Positions 15,825 through 25,705 of a stretch of DNA of 35,614 bases are shown in pieces. The stretch is taken from IMG/VR virus record IMGVR_UViG_3300020044_003831, positions 1 to 35,614 of that record; one strand, 5' to 3'. Position 1 is the first letter of the stretch, and the number at the start of each line of letters is the position of its first letter. The notes beneath the pieces were generated by a model. It was not told where the DNA came from and made no database searches. It saw only the letters and a list, made by a program, of their open reading frames with translations. The translations under genes and the position numbers were made by a program. Origin of the DNA: a virus. Its lineage: Duplodnaviria; Caudoviricetes.

Positions 15825-16593
15825 TGGCAATCCCCGTGACGGCAAAGCCAACGCTCATGAGGTCTTTTGGGCCGCTGTTTGTCGGCTTAATGTCGCCGGT
15901 TGTCCAGACGAAGCCAAGCTCACCAGGGTAGGCCAATGGCCGCCAGGCGTAGAAAAATGGCGCGGTGCGTGCGGCCTCGACAAATGGGTCGAAGTTGGCG
16001 CGATACCAATCTGCTTTCAGGTGCTGATACTCGCAGTTTGTCTTGAGGCCTTTGCGCGTGATTGAACGGCCCAAATACTGACCAGTTTCAGACACGTTTT
16101 GCGTTGTGTCTGTCACACGAGAAAGCGTCAGTGGCGAGTGGCCTTGATAGATTTTGCGCTGCATGGCCAAGGCTTGGCCGATGTAAACCACCGCGATGCT
16201 TGGGACTGCGCCCGTTACCTGGATGCGCCAATATCTGGCCGTGACCGAGGCGAACAAAAACATGGCAACGCGATCTGTCGGCGCTCCGCTGACTTGCGTT
16301 GTCCATGTTGTGTTGTCTGGGCTGCTTTGGATATTGATCGTTGCGCCGTTGAAGTCGCCGACCAGACCAAAGTAATCGCAAGCCACCGCTGCGCCTTGGT
16401 CAATCGCCCAGGTCGCTGGAATCGTTGCAGGCTTCCAGTATTCGTAGGTCGTCGGGTAGGTCGCGGCAACTGCCGGGTAGCCGGTGGCGCTGGATGACGC
16501 TGTCGGCGTCTTGCCTTCGGTGTAATTCTGATACCCGATGCGCGAATAATTCAGGTCTGGCGTTGGCGTGTAGCCGCTTTGGATGAATATCAT
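15817..16593 (-). CDS. Distal tail-like protein with a discoidin/F5-8-like insert
   Basis: Directly after the tape measure; IQSSPDNTTWT...TARYWRI motif. Confidence 0.65.
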   Translation of the reverse strand: MIFIQSGYTPTPDLNYSRIGYQNYTEGKTPTASSSATGYPAVAATYPTTYEYWKPATIPATWAIDQGAAVACDYFGLVGDFNGATINIQSSPDNTTWTTQVSGAPTDRVAMFLFASVTARYWRIQVTGAVPSIAVVYIGQALAMQRKIYQGHSPLTLSRVTDTTQNVSETGQYLGRSITRKGLKTNCEYQHLKADWYRANFDPFVEAARTAPFFYAWRPLAYPGELGFVWTTGDIKPTNSGPKDLMSVGFAVTGIANA

Positions 16594-18410
16594 GACAAGA
16601 CCACCTTTGAGCCGTTGCGCTGCGCTTCGATCAATTGGTCAATCAAACCACGCACGCTGTCGCCGGAGAACATATCGCCAGCGCCGATGCCTTGGATTGT
16701 AATGACTTGATTGACGCCCTGCGACTGCTGGACGCCCTGCATTGCCGTCTGCCCGGTTGCGGCAGTACTGCCGCTTGGAGCGTAAGCCGTGCCGCCGCCA
16801 CCGCCGCCAAAGGACTGCGCCCTGATTGCGTTGATTTGCGCGCCAGTTGCCGCCACGGACAATGCAGCCATGGCCGCGCCACCAACTGGGCCACCCCACT
16901 TGCTGCCAAATGCGTATGCGTTGACTGCGGACTCGTAGCCCTTGATGACTGCGTTTGCCAGTGATGCCGCTTTGTTGATTTCAAACATCTTGCGGTTTTC
17001 GGTGGCTGCTGCGCCGGTCATGCTCATCAATTCAGATGCAACTGTTTTGGCCTGGTCTTTGTAGCTCAGAGCGTTCCATTTTTCCTGATCATCCAATCCC
17101 TTTCGGCGAATGTCCAACATCCGCTTCTCGTGGGCCTCTGCCATCTTTTCTTTGACATCCTGGTACTCGGCCAGCATCTCAGGCTCTTTGAGCAAATACT
17201 CCTCAAGGATGCGGATTTTTTCCTCGTATTTGAATTGCTCTTGGTCAAGCTCGCTGAGCGTTGCCAGCTTCATGGCCTCGGCATTGCGTGCCAAGAACTG
17301 ATTGCGCATCTCCTCCTCTCGGGCAATGCGCTGCGCTTGTTCTTCCAGCTTCTTGTCGGCGAAGTCGCCCAGGGGGTCTTTTATTTCCTCGGGCTTAATC
17401 TTGGCGATTGATGGCGCTTGAATTGTGGCTTTCGCTGGCTCAGCTGGCTTTTCGGCCAACGAATCCTGGAATGCCTTGTCTGCATCCTTAAATGCCTTTT
17501 TTGCAGCCTCAAGTTTTGCTTCCGTCTCGGCAATGTTTTTTTGCAAGACTTCCTGATTGATGAATGGATTGGATGTACGCGCTTGCAGGGCTTTCAGGTC
17601 GTTGTTCAGCTTGATGACGTCACCAGCAAGACCGGCCACGCTTGCACGCTCAACCCCGCGATCAAGCGCAGCGAAAAGCTGATTCAAGTTGACCAGCAAT
17701 GGTGTTGCAATGGCTTTGGCAGCTGCGCTTGCGCGTGCAGCCATGCGATCCAGGTGATCGTTGAATTCGGCCGCTGCTTTGGCTGTGTTTGTGCTCAGCG
17801 TGTTGCCAAGGCGATCCGATTCATTTGCAAGGGCTTTGATGGATGCGCTACCGCCATTTAGCATTGGGATCAGTTCAGCGCCAGACCTGCCAAGCAACTG
17901 AACCGCGATAGCCGTCTTGTTTGCTCCGTCCTTGTAGCCTGCAAATGCGTCAGCGACATCATTCAATACCTCAAGCTGGGAGCGCATTGATCCATCGGCA
18001 TTTTCGATGTCAATGCCAAGCGCCTTAAATGCTGCGGCTGATTCGTTGGCTGGGTCTTTGCTGTTCGCCATGTTCAGCGACAGCTTTTGCAGTGATGCGG
18101 TCAGCGTCTCATTGGATGCACCAGACATCTTTGCAGCCCATTGCAGACGGGTCAGGTCTTCAACGCTTACTCCAATGCGCTGGCTCAATTCGTCCAGCTT
18201 GTCGGCGCTGTCGGCCAGGCCTCTGGCCATGTTGAATGCAAAAGCAGCGCCAGCAGCAATGGCAAGCGGTGCAATCGTCTTCAGATCTGATGCAAGCGTG
18301 TCAAGCCTGCTGCTGAAATCTCCAACTGACTTTTCTGCTGATTTCAGACCTGCATCAAGATCAGAGCTGTCAGCTGTGATTTGTACTGCCAGTTTGCCAA
18401 TAGTCGCCAT
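16590..18410 (-). CDS. Tail tape measure protein (606 aa)
   Basis: MATIGKLAVQITAD start; Ala-rich helical; follows the chaperone genes. Confidence 0.9.
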   Translation of the reverse strand: MATIGKLAVQITADSSDLDAGLKSAEKSVGDFSSRLDTLASDLKTIAPLAIAAGAAFAFNMARGLADSADKLDELSQRIGVSVEDLTRLQWAAKMSGASNETLTASLQKLSLNMANSKDPANESAAAFKALGIDIENADGSMRSQLEVLNDVADAFAGYKDGANKTAIAVQLLGRSGAELIPMLNGGSASIKALANESDRLGNTLSTNTAKAAAEFNDHLDRMAARASAAAKAIATPLLVNLNQLFAALDRGVERASVAGLAGDVIKLNNDLKALQARTSNPFINQEVLQKNIAETEAKLEAAKKAFKDADKAFQDSLAEKPAEPAKATIQAPSIAKIKPEEIKDPLGDFADKKLEEQAQRIAREEEMRNQFLARNAEAMKLATLSELDQEQFKYEEKIRILEEYLLKEPEMLAEYQDVKEKMAEAHEKRMLDIRRKGLDDQEKWNALSYKDQAKTVASELMSMTGAAATENRKMFEINKAASLANAVIKGYESAVNAYAFGSKWGGPVGGAAMAALSVAATGAQINAIRAQSFGGGGGGTAYAPSGSTAATGQTAMQGVQQSQGVNQVITIQGIGAGDMFSGDSVRGLIDQLIEAQRNGSKVVLS

Positions 18411-18628
18411 TTATTCCTCCAACATATCGAATAGCTCGGCGCAGTCGGCATCTGTCAAACCACCGGCAAAATCAAGCTCCTTATCCCTTGGGCGCTTGGC
18501 TTCGTACACTAGCCACCATTCGGCTGGCGACATTTGCCAGAACTCGGATGGCGACAGACCCCATCCGATGGCTGCGACATAGAAGCCGCCCCAATTCACA
18601 TCAACTAGCTCGCCGCCGGTTGACTTTC
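18411..18628 (-). CDS. Tail assembly chaperone, frameshifted C-terminal (T) part
   Basis: Open -1 frame from the A9 run: RKSTGGELVDVNWGG...WGLSPSEFWQMSPAEW. Confidence 0.8.
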
Positions 18629-18934
18629 TTTTTTTTTCGGCTCGGGAAAGATGGCGACCAGGATCGAGTCGCGCATTGCCAGCAGGGATTGCACATCACC
18701 CACCATCAACTCGCGGTAAATCTCATCGTCTTCCACCCGCGCACCAGCAGCCCGCAAAAACTCACCGACCACAAATGCCAAATGAGACAGCGGAGGCGCA
18801 TCGGTTGACAAGCCACGGACAAGACCGGCAAGGCTTACGCGCTGCTCGATCTTGTTCAAAATCAGCATGGTCGGCTTGACCGTATAGGTCTTGCCTTCCC
18901 ATGCCAACTCAACATCTCGAAATATGGCGCTCAT
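18605..18934 (-). CDS. Tail assembly chaperone (G)
   Basis: TAATG coupling to the tube gene; lies between tube and tape measure. Confidence 0.82.
   Translation of the reverse strand: MSAIFRDVELAWEGKTYTVKPTMLILNKIEQRVSLAGLVRGLSTDAPPLSHLAFVVGEFLRAAGARVEDDEIYRELMVGDVQSLLAMRDSILVAIFPEPKKKESQPAAS
18629..18637 (-). other. Programmed -1 frameshift slippery site (A AAA AAA)
   Basis: CCG AAA AAA AAA GAA near the end of G; the downstream ORF is in the -1 frame. Confidence 0.8.
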
Positions 18935-19323
18935 TAGACGGCAGGCGTGAATGTGAACGTGCCAGACGATTGCAGCGAGCAACTGAATGTGCCTGCCTCG
19001 TTGTAGGCCGCACCAGATTCAAACGATGTAACCACGAAATCACCGGCAATGGTGCCGATGCTTGGGAACAGGATGGAGAAGGCATCCAGGATGTCCGATG
19101 CGCTCATGGCGACAGTCAGCATTGTGGCGTCTTTAAACACGCCCTCAACGGTCAAGTCGAGCGTCTTATTGCCTGGCTCGGCAAGCATGGTGCGGAAACC
19201 ATTGTCATCATCGGATGTGATGTCAACGACTTCGTTGCCCAATGTCATTGAGCGAGTGCGCACGGCGGCAACAGTAGTTGTGCCTTTTTTGAAAAGTGCC
19301 TTGCGGCCAACAAATGCTGTCAT
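18934..19323 (-). CDS. Major tail tube protein (TP901-1/GTA-like)
   Basis: VDITSDDDNGFR.ML and G.F.VTSFE..A.YNEA.TFS.SLQSSG motifs. Confidence 0.88.
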   Translation of the reverse strand: MTAFVGRKALFKKGTTTVAAVRTRSMTLGNEVVDITSDDDNGFRTMLAEPGNKTLDLTVEGVFKDATMLTVAMSASDILDAFSILFPSIGTIAGDFVVTSFESGAAYNEAGTFSCSLQSSGTFTFTPAV

Positions 19324-19325
19324 GA

Positions 19326-19790
19326 TTAAACCCCTTGTTCGGCCACCAGATAATGGCCTGATTCAGATTGCAGATAAACCCCTGTTTCGGTCTCAAGATA
19401 CTGCTCTGCGTATCCATCCTCCTCAACGATCAAACGAAACCGGATCACTCCGTGCCTCGTTAGCCCGTCAGGGTCAAGGAATGATTCCTCGAACTCTGCG
19501 TGGCATTCTATCAACTGACCCCCAGTGATGGTCAAGTTTGCGCGGTTCAGTGTGTGGTACACCGACCGCATGATCTCTTTCACTTCCTTGCGGCCACGAT
19601 ACTGCGACCAGACATGGATTGTGCAAATTGTCTCTGACCCCACCGAGTCGTCGGTGTCGAATGGCGTGCTGCGGTCATCCCCAACAACGATGTAAGGGTA
19701 TGTCGTGGCCTGCGGCACTTCGTCATAGGTCGGATAGCCAATGGCCGCGACTGCCTCGTAAATGGCTGTCTGGATTTCTTCTTGCATCAT
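19326..19790 (-). CDS. DUF3168 tail terminator/completion protein with C-terminal extension
   Basis: YDEVPQ..YPYIVVG, IHVWS...GRKE and DPDG.TRHGVIRFR. Confidence 0.85.
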   Translation of the reverse strand: MMQEEIQTAIYEAVAAIGYPTYDEVPQATTYPYIVVGDDRSTPFDTDDSVGSETICTIHVWSQYRGRKEVKEIMRSVYHTLNRANLTITGGQLIECHAEFEESFLDPDGLTRHGVIRFRLIVEEDGYAEQYLETETGVYLQSESGHYLVAEQGV

Positions 19791-20227
19791 GGCCGGATCC
19801 CCTTCGATGCCTCGTCGGACAACTTCAGCAGGCGCTGCTCAAATTTTGATCGCTCGGATTCAAGGGCAGGCTCCAAGAATGGGCGCGGCTCCATGTTGAC
19901 AGTGCCGAACTCAAGCGGCGCGGCGTATTGCACATCAGCAGATACTTCAGCCGTCAGGCCGGTGATGTCGGCCACAATGGACGAGGCCAGCCGCCCTGTG
20001 TCGGTCGCAGGCGCTTGGCCTGGCGCTGACGCTCGGTGGTTTCTTTTTGGGGCGTACTTGCGGTATTGCTTGCCAGTCTTTGGGCCACCTTGGATGGCGC
20101 GGATCGCGTGCGTGCGCACATTTTGCGCAGTCGCCATGACAATCTGAGCCAGCGCGGCATCGGCTTGAGCGCCATATTTGCGAATGTTGGCGATCAGGTC
20201 TTTGTCGCCGGTCAATACCATCTTCAT
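19787..20227 (-). CDS. HK97 gp10-family neck/tail component
   Basis: HRASAPGQAPATDTGRLASSI and YA..LEFGT..MEPRPFL.PA. Confidence 0.88.
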   Translation of the reverse strand: MKMVLTGDKDLIANIRKYGAQADAALAQIVMATAQNVRTHAIRAIQGGPKTGKQYRKYAPKRNHRASAPGQAPATDTGRLASSIVADITGLTAEVSADVQYAAPLEFGTVNMEPRPFLEPALESERSKFEQRLLKLSDEASKGIRP

Positions 20228-20562
20228 GTCGCCACCCCTTCCAGGCACTGCAACTCAAGCCACCGATTGCGCATTTCCACGTTGATGATGGCGATGATTT
20301 GCATGGGGTTTCCACGCATGACGATGCGGTCGGACGGCAAAAGGCCATCGCGGTATCGAATGAAAATGCGGTGGCTTACGCTGGCTTCGCGTTGCATCCC
20401 GGTCAGGGCTTCGCGGCCAGACAGCGGGCGAACACCGCCTTTGGTGCTGAACAAGTCAACCCAGTCGAGATCCTGGCCTCCCTTGCCATCGGACTGCGTT
20501 TGGCGGCGCTGGAAAACCAACGGCTCGCGCAATCCACCGGCTGAGAGGTCGCAGCACTTCAA
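20224..20562 (-). CDS. Head closure protein (SPP1 gp16-like)
   Basis: LREPL.FQ...DG.GG...W, GRE, H.I.IRYR and WLEL.C.EG; TTG start overlapping the upstream TGA. Confidence 0.82.
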   Translation of the reverse strand: MKCCDLSAGGLREPLVFQRRQTQSDGKGGQDLDWVDLFSTKGGVRPLSGREALTGMQREASVSHRIFIRYRDGLLPSDRIVMRGNPMQIIAIINVEMRNRWLELQCLEGVAT

Positions 20563-21101
20563 ATCACCACCTCGACTCGGTATGGGCGCAGCAATGTGGC
20601 AGCGCCTGATTTCTTCACGGCATCTTCGCCATCGCATTGGCTCCGGTGCTCGTACATGAATGCGGCGATCATCATGATGGCCGTCTTGATGGATGATGGC
20701 ACAGAGGCCATGCCAGCGGTGTAGGCCACCTCCACCTCGGTCATGCGATCCCAGGCGGTCAGCGTGATTTTGGCGGGCCTGCGGCTGGCCTCCAGCACGT
20801 AATCCAGCGCCTCGCCATCGGCGGTGACGGATTCCACGGAGATCAGCGCGGTGTAGGGGATCTCAAACGTGCTTTGGTGTGGCGTGTAGGGCGACAACTG
20901 CGCCTCGTAGCCGCTTTGGGCATGGATGGTGCCCAGCCACTCGCGCTCGATCAGGTCTTGATTGATCCATCGCACGGTCACATCGGTGGCGGCGACAAGC
21001 ATCCCGTCCAACAAAGGGTCGGTCGCGTCAACGCCCAGGAAAGCGGCCAAGTCAGCCGCTGTGACGGGCGATACGGTATCAGTCTGCGGCGTTGCTTGCA
21101 T
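20559..21101 (-). CDS. Head-tail connector/adaptor (gp6/gp15-like)
   Basis: PVT.ADL.AFL, YTAG...VP..IK.AI....A.MYEHR and LLRPYR. Confidence 0.82.
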   Translation of the reverse strand: MQATPQTDTVSPVTAADLAAFLGVDATDPLLDGMLVAATDVTVRWINQDLIEREWLGTIHAQSGYEAQLSPYTPHQSTFEIPYTALISVESVTADGEALDYVLEASRRPAKITLTAWDRMTEVEVAYTAGMASVPSSIKTAIMMIAAFMYEHRSQCDGEDAVKKSGAATLLRPYRVEVVI

Positions 21102-21375
21102 CGGCTTTGCGTGGTCGGCCACGGCGTTTTGTTTCGTCAGGGCCGTCGATCTTGGTGATCTCGGGGCCGGAAACTTTCTCGACTTTCGGCTCAATGACTT
21201 CGGTCACGGTCTGTGCATCGCCTGCAATGCTGGAAACGATGCGCGTGACGGTCACGGGTTTTTCGTAATCAATGACGTTATGAACTGCAAGCTGACGGGC
21301 ATCGTTGTCGTCGATGTCGATCATTTGGCCTTCAAGACCAAGATGGCAGTTCATGTTCAATTTGTAGATCGTCAT
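21079..21375 (-). CDS. Small capsid-adjacent protein with an AT-hook-like motif
   Basis: KRRGRPRK near the C-terminus; directly downstream of the capsid gene. Confidence 0.7.
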   Translation of the reverse strand: MTIYKLNMNCHLGLEGQMIDIDDNDARQLAVHNVIDYEKPVTVTRIVSSIAGDAQTVTEVIEPKVEKVSGPEITKIDGPDETKRRGRPRKADASNAAD

Positions 21376-21387
21376 GGGTAAACTTTC

Positions 21388-21421
21388 AGAAAATGGGGCA
21401 GGCCATCAAGACCCGCCCCAT
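21388..21421 (-). terminator. Intrinsic terminator after the major capsid gene
   Basis: AUGGGGCGGGUC-UUGAU-GGCCUGCCCCAU followed by a short U run. Confidence 0.7.
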
Positions 21422-21429
21422 GGCTTCAA

Positions 21430-22662
21430 TTAAGAAGAGGCAACGGTGAACTTGCCCTTGGTGAAGGCTTTTGGCAATTCGATGCCGAAGCCATAACGCT
21501 CTTCAGCCAAGATTGCCACGCCGTTCTTCACGAAGTAATCGCTGTGCGATTCGCTGACACGGATGTCCATCTGCTCGCGGTCATAGATGGTTGCGCCCAT
21601 TGTCCAGTCGCCCAGCAAGAAGTCGCCAGCGGTCATTGCGTTGGACACAATGACTGGCACGCGCCACAGACGCTGCTCACCGCCGTTGGGCACGCTCACC
21701 CAGATGTAGTGGCCATCGCTGCCTTTGGCGGTTTCCAGGGTCTGCCAATCCACAGGGTTCACCACCAGGCCGTTGATGTTGTAGTACTCAAAGGTCTGGC
21801 ACTTGGTGATAGCGCCACGGATGTGGTTCAGCATTGCGCCAGGCAAGTCGGCAGCGGATGTGCCAGCGGCGATTTGGCCTTGGTTAGAAACGCCAGAGTC
21901 AACCATCAAGCCAGTCAGGGACTGGTTTGTGCCAGCGCCGTACAACAACTGGGTGTCGCTCAGGAGGTTCAAGCCGTACATCAGCTTGGTGTCAACCAGA
22001 CGCTGGAGCATTGGGGCATCAGACAAAACCTGACGGCTTGCAGCGATCCAATGGGCCATTGTGCGAATTGGCACAGTGATCAATTCATAGGTCAGATCCG
22101 ACTCGGCTTTTGTCTGCCACTGACCTGCACCGTTGGCGGTGTTTGGTGTGGAAGGCTGTTGAGGCGCTGCATTGTTGGTGAACACGTTTTGGCGCATCAC
22201 TTCAACAGCATTGCTGGATGTTGGAATGCTGGTCAACAGATCGCGCACAAAAGTGCGGCGCTCTGCGGCCATCACCACATCTGGGCGGCGCTGAGGCTGA
22301 ATCAAAGCGCCAGCAGATGCTGCCAAACCAGACAAAGCTTTGTTCACGCGAACGGAATCAGTGCCATTGGATCGAGCATTTTTATACTCTTGCGACTCAA
22401 CGAATTGAGCGCCAATCGACTTGGATTCAGCAGCGCCGTCAAATTGACGCTTGGCTGCTTTTTCCATCTCAATGACGCGGGCATCGATGCGATCCATGTC
22501 GCATTTGATGGTGTCCAAGCGCTCGGTGGCGGCGGTCAGTGCTTTGCGGGTGGCTTCAGTAGCCTCGCCGTATTGCTTGATTTCGCTGTCGCGCTTGGCA
22601 ACGGCGGTCGTGATCTCGGACTTGACGGTGTCCAAGTGACCTTTCAATTCGGAAATATCCAT
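21430..22662 (-). CDS. Major capsid protein, HK97 fold
   Basis: N-terminal coiled-coil delta domain; KAESDLTY, AHWI.ASRQVLSDAPML, NP.DW and AEER. Confidence 0.96.
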   Translation of the reverse strand: MDISELKGHLDTVKSEITTAVAKRDSEIKQYGEATEATRKALTAATERLDTIKCDMDRIDARVIEMEKAAKRQFDGAAESKSIGAQFVESQEYKNARSNGTDSVRVNKALSGLAASAGALIQPQRRPDVVMAAERRTFVRDLLTSIPTSSNAVEVMRQNVFTNNAAPQQPSTPNTANGAGQWQTKAESDLTYELITVPIRTMAHWIAASRQVLSDAPMLQRLVDTKLMYGLNLLSDTQLLYGAGTNQSLTGLMVDSGVSNQGQIAAGTSAADLPGAMLNHIRGAITKCQTFEYYNINGLVVNPVDWQTLETAKGSDGHYIWVSVPNGGEQRLWRVPVIVSNAMTAGDFLLGDWTMGATIYDREQMDIRVSESHSDYFVKNGVAILAEERYGFGIELPKAFTKGKFTVASS

Positions 22663-22675
22663 GATTTTCTCCAGT

Positions 22676-23341
22676 TTAGATTCGGGCCAGATCGCCCAGT
22701 GCAGAGTCGATCAAGCTCTTAACCTGATCGACAGACAATGGCGGCTGTCCCTTGGAATGAGTGCCTTGATGCGGCTCACCCTTCAACAGTGCCGTAATGC
22801 TGAACAACTCGTCCAGCAATTCTTTTTTGGCCTTTGCGTTCAGGTCGTGACCCTCTGCAAATTGCCGCAGTTCTTTGAGCGTTTTGACGCCTGTAATGAT
22901 GGCTTGATCGTTTGCCGGCCAAGTGACAAGCGAAAACTCAAACAGTTTTCCTTCGTAGATGTGACGGACACCATCACCACCAATGGATGATTTTCCTTGT
23001 GGAATCGAAAATCCAACACTCATGCGGTCAATCACGCCATCACGCATCAATTCCATCGCTTCAATGCCTTTTTCGACATTGCTCAGACGGGCTTTGACGT
23101 AGAGGCCCTTTGAGTCCTCGCGCATCTCAATAGGTCGGCCAATTGGTTCATCGGCTTCGTGCTGCCAAAGAACCTTAATGCGGTTTGCTGGGAAGCCTTC
23201 TTTGATCGACTTTGAAAATGCGCCAAACTCAATGATGTCGTTGTCGCTGTCGATGTTGCCATACGATGCGGCGTAGCCCTCAAACGTGCGCTCGCCCGTA
23301 TTGATAAGCGTTTCATCGAATTTCAGGCTTTTGAATTCCAT
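22676..23341 (-). CDS. Prohead maturation protease, HK97 family
   Basis: FEGYAAS.GN.D, LWQH...PIG, EDSKGL, MSVGF and LFEFSLVTWPAN. Confidence 0.95.
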   Translation of the reverse strand: MEFKSLKFDETLINTGERTFEGYAASYGNIDSDNDIIEFGAFSKSIKEGFPANRIKVLWQHEADEPIGRPIEMREDSKGLYVKARLSNVEKGIEAMELMRDGVIDRMSVGFSIPQGKSSIGGDGVRHIYEGKLFEFSLVTWPANDQAIITGVKTLKELRQFAEGHDLNAKAKKELLDELFSITALLKGEPHQGTHSKGQPPLSVDQVKSLIDSALGDLARI

Positions 23342-23376
23342 ATCCAGTCCTCACAGTTGGCAAATTATCGCACTGG

Positions 23377-24162
23377 TCAATCGTCTGTCAAATAAACCAC
23401 GGCGCAGCGGCATGAAATTATGTTCCCAGCGCTTCCACCAGGATCACCTGGAAACATCAATTGTTCGCCGCCAACGGTGAATGAATCCTTCATGTCAACC
23501 ACTTGGCCATCGGCATCGGCATGGTCAAATTCATCGGGCGGGCTTGTGCGGGTGCGTTCATCTTGGGCTGACACCCATTCCTTGCGCATCTTGAGGCCTG
23601 TTAGCTCTGCGCCCTGCTGCGCCCCGAAGTTGGCCGCTGTGTGCGTCTCGGTGCGGGCGATGATGTTGGCGCGGGTGGCTGACATCGGCGCGGCGTAGTC
23701 GCGGATTCGCTTGCCGGTCTCGGGCACGGACAATCCCTCATCCATGGCCCCGCGAATGACGGTGCGGATCTGGTTTTCGGTCGTGCGATCAATTTGCGTC
23801 ACGCGCCTGGCCACCCATTGCGTAATAAACATCTCCAGCGCATCGTTGAAAATGTCCATCACCCCGGCTTTTGTCACCTCAGCGCCCGAGTGTGACTTGG
23901 CCTCTTTGAGCATCCGCTTGCCAAAAAACGTGGCGATTGATCGGTAGTTGCTCACAAAGGCTTGCGCCATTTGCACCTTGCGATCATCCACGGCTTGCGA
24001 AATGGCAAGCTCGCCGCGCTTTTCATAGGCATCGGCCACCTGCCTGACGGTCTTTGCAAGCTCAATGCGCAGGCGGTTTTCAAACCTGGCGCTCATGCGC
24101 GTCTGAATGGCGTCATCCAAGGCACGCTGGCGCTGTTTGTTAGCCGGGTTGATTGCGGTCAT
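23377..24162 (-). CDS. Minor head protein (Mu gpF/SPP1 gp7 family)
   Basis: RA..IARTETH, K.W....DERTR...H..ADGQ and PGDP......I.CRC. Confidence 0.9.
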   Translation of the reverse strand: MTAINPANKQRQRALDDAIQTRMSARFENRLRIELAKTVRQVADAYEKRGELAISQAVDDRKVQMAQAFVSNYRSIATFFGKRMLKEAKSHSGAEVTKAGVMDIFNDALEMFITQWVARRVTQIDRTTENQIRTVIRGAMDEGLSVPETGKRIRDYAAPMSATRANIIARTETHTAANFGAQQGAELTGLKMRKEWVSAQDERTRTSPPDEFDHADADGQVVDMKDSFTVGGEQLMFPGDPGGSAGNIISCRCAVVYLTDD

Positions 24163-25451
24163 TCTTTGCCGTATGCCATGGCTTTGAGCAACTCAGGCGA
24201 CAAGCCGGATAGTTGCAAATTAGCATCAGCAGCCGAAGTAAACCCAGCGGGCAGCAATCCGCCCTGCAAATAACCAATGTCGCCGCCCTCGATAGGCTCG
24301 ACGCCCAGCTTCAGCAATTCGCTGATCGTGTTGAATGGCACGCCCATGTCAAACAGCTTTTTGGCATCGTCCAGCTTCTTGCCGTAGTCCTCTTTGAGCG
24401 CGGCCACGCCAGACAGGTCGAAGTCGATAAACCACTCGGGGCCAAACTGTGCGGCCAGTTGTGCGTTCAGTTGCGAGCGGATCATGCGCAGCAAAGGCGT
24501 TACGGTGTCGGCCCAGAAAATCTTTCGGGCCGTCTCGATGTTCGCAAGGGTTGCATTTTCCATGATGCCGACCATGACCGGCGGCACACCCATCGCCGAG
24601 CAAATTTCCTCCCAGACCTTGCCTCGGCTGTCCACAAAATCCAACTCGACGGCTGATTGGTTGAGCGTCTTAATGTCGCGGGTTGTGAAAAATGGAGCGC
24701 GTGCGTTGTTGCTGCTGGCCTGCTTTTCTTTGTGCAACTCGCGCAGGCGGGACATTTGCTCTGCGGTCGTCTCGGGGTCAATGACGATGGCGTAATCGCT
24801 AATCCCACGATTGTGCATTGAGTTCAGTTGCCATTGGCTGGCCTCACGGTCAACGTCCACAGCGCGGCCAGCGGATTGGATGGTCGGCATCCCGTAAAGA
24901 AAATCATTGGGGTTGACCGTCTTTACGTGCACCATGTCGCTCGACTGAATGTCGCGGGTGATGCCGCCGTATTGGTAGCGGTACAAATCAATCAGGCGGG
25001 TCTTGCCGGGCTGGATTTTGATGCCCTGGGGCAGCACGGGCCAAAGCTCAACGGGGGCGTTTTGATTGCCTGCGCGGATGATTGACCAGTAGCTATTGCC
25101 CGCCAGGTCGATATGCTGAGACAAAAGCTCGGTCATCTCAGCCCAAGCGAAGTCAGGGTTCGGATTGTTGATCAGCTTTTGCAAAGGTGAATCAGGCGCT
25201 ACAACCATCGTGCCATCGCGTTGTTTCTTTTTTGCCACCCATGGGATTTGCCCGACCGACTGAGCGCGGCGGTTTACGCAGGCGTAAAAGATGGCCGATG
25301 CCTTGAGGCCTTGCTCGATGGCGACTTCGGTGTCCCACTTTTGGAATTGCGGCGCCGTGCGGCTCATGGTCATGAGCAATTCGGGCAGGGTGACGGATTT
25401 CACCTCGGTCATTGGAGAGGAGCGAAACCGCTTGAAGAAATCAAATGCCAT
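24159..25451 (-). CDS. Portal protein (HK97-like)
   Basis: PL..L...PNP, L.GN.Y, YGMP and EEIC..MGVPP..VG; 430 aa. Confidence 0.92.
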   Translation of the reverse strand: MAFDFFKRFRSSPMTEVKSVTLPELLMTMSRTAPQFQKWDTEVAIEQGLKASAIFYACVNRRAQSVGQIPWVAKKKQRDGTMVVAPDSPLQKLINNPNPDFAWAEMTELLSQHIDLAGNSYWSIIRAGNQNAPVELWPVLPQGIKIQPGKTRLIDLYRYQYGGITRDIQSSDMVHVKTVNPNDFLYGMPTIQSAGRAVDVDREASQWQLNSMHNRGISDYAIVIDPETTAEQMSRLRELHKEKQASSNNARAPFFTTRDIKTLNQSAVELDFVDSRGKVWEEICSAMGVPPVMVGIMENATLANIETARKIFWADTVTPLLRMIRSQLNAQLAAQFGPEWFIDFDLSGVAALKEDYGKKLDDAKKLFDMGVPFNTISELLKLGVEPIEGGDIGYLQGGLLPAGFTSAADANLQLSGLSPELLKAMAYGKE

Positions 25452-25459
25452 TTTTGTCC

Positions 25460-25705
25460 TTATGCCCAGACCCGGCGTGGGTTAGTTGGAATCACTGCGA
25501 ATGCTTGAAACGCCTCTGGTATCGGGCCTCTCGTGTTCACGTGCCAGCCTTCTTCAGGCGTATAGATGGGATTCTCAGGATCGGTGTTTTCCACGTTGTA
25601 GATCACCCCGATCACATCAATGCTGCCCTCGTAGCCCGCCAGCACCTCAATGCTTTGGGCTTCGTCTGCAAACTTCAGGTACAGGTCGCCGTATTCTTCG
25701 GTCAT
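25460..25705 (-). CDS. Small acidic protein coupled to the spike-fibre gene (chaperone-like)
   Basis: ATGA overlap; D.YLKFADE, IDVIG.I, GWHVN.R and P..PRRVWA. Confidence 0.75.
   Translation of the reverse strand: MTEEYGDLYLKFADEAQSIEVLAGYEGSIDVIGVIYNVENTDPENPIYTPEEGWHVNTRGPIPEAFQAFAVIPTNPRRVWA

Noticed and set aside
18411-18934. Split chaperone ORFs as a pseudogene or a novelty
   Set aside because: This is the standard lambda G/GT-type programmed -1 frameshift.
21544-22722. 392-aa plus-strand ORF
   Set aside because: It is the antisense shadow of the major capsid gene, expected from codon bias, and has no recognisable motifs.
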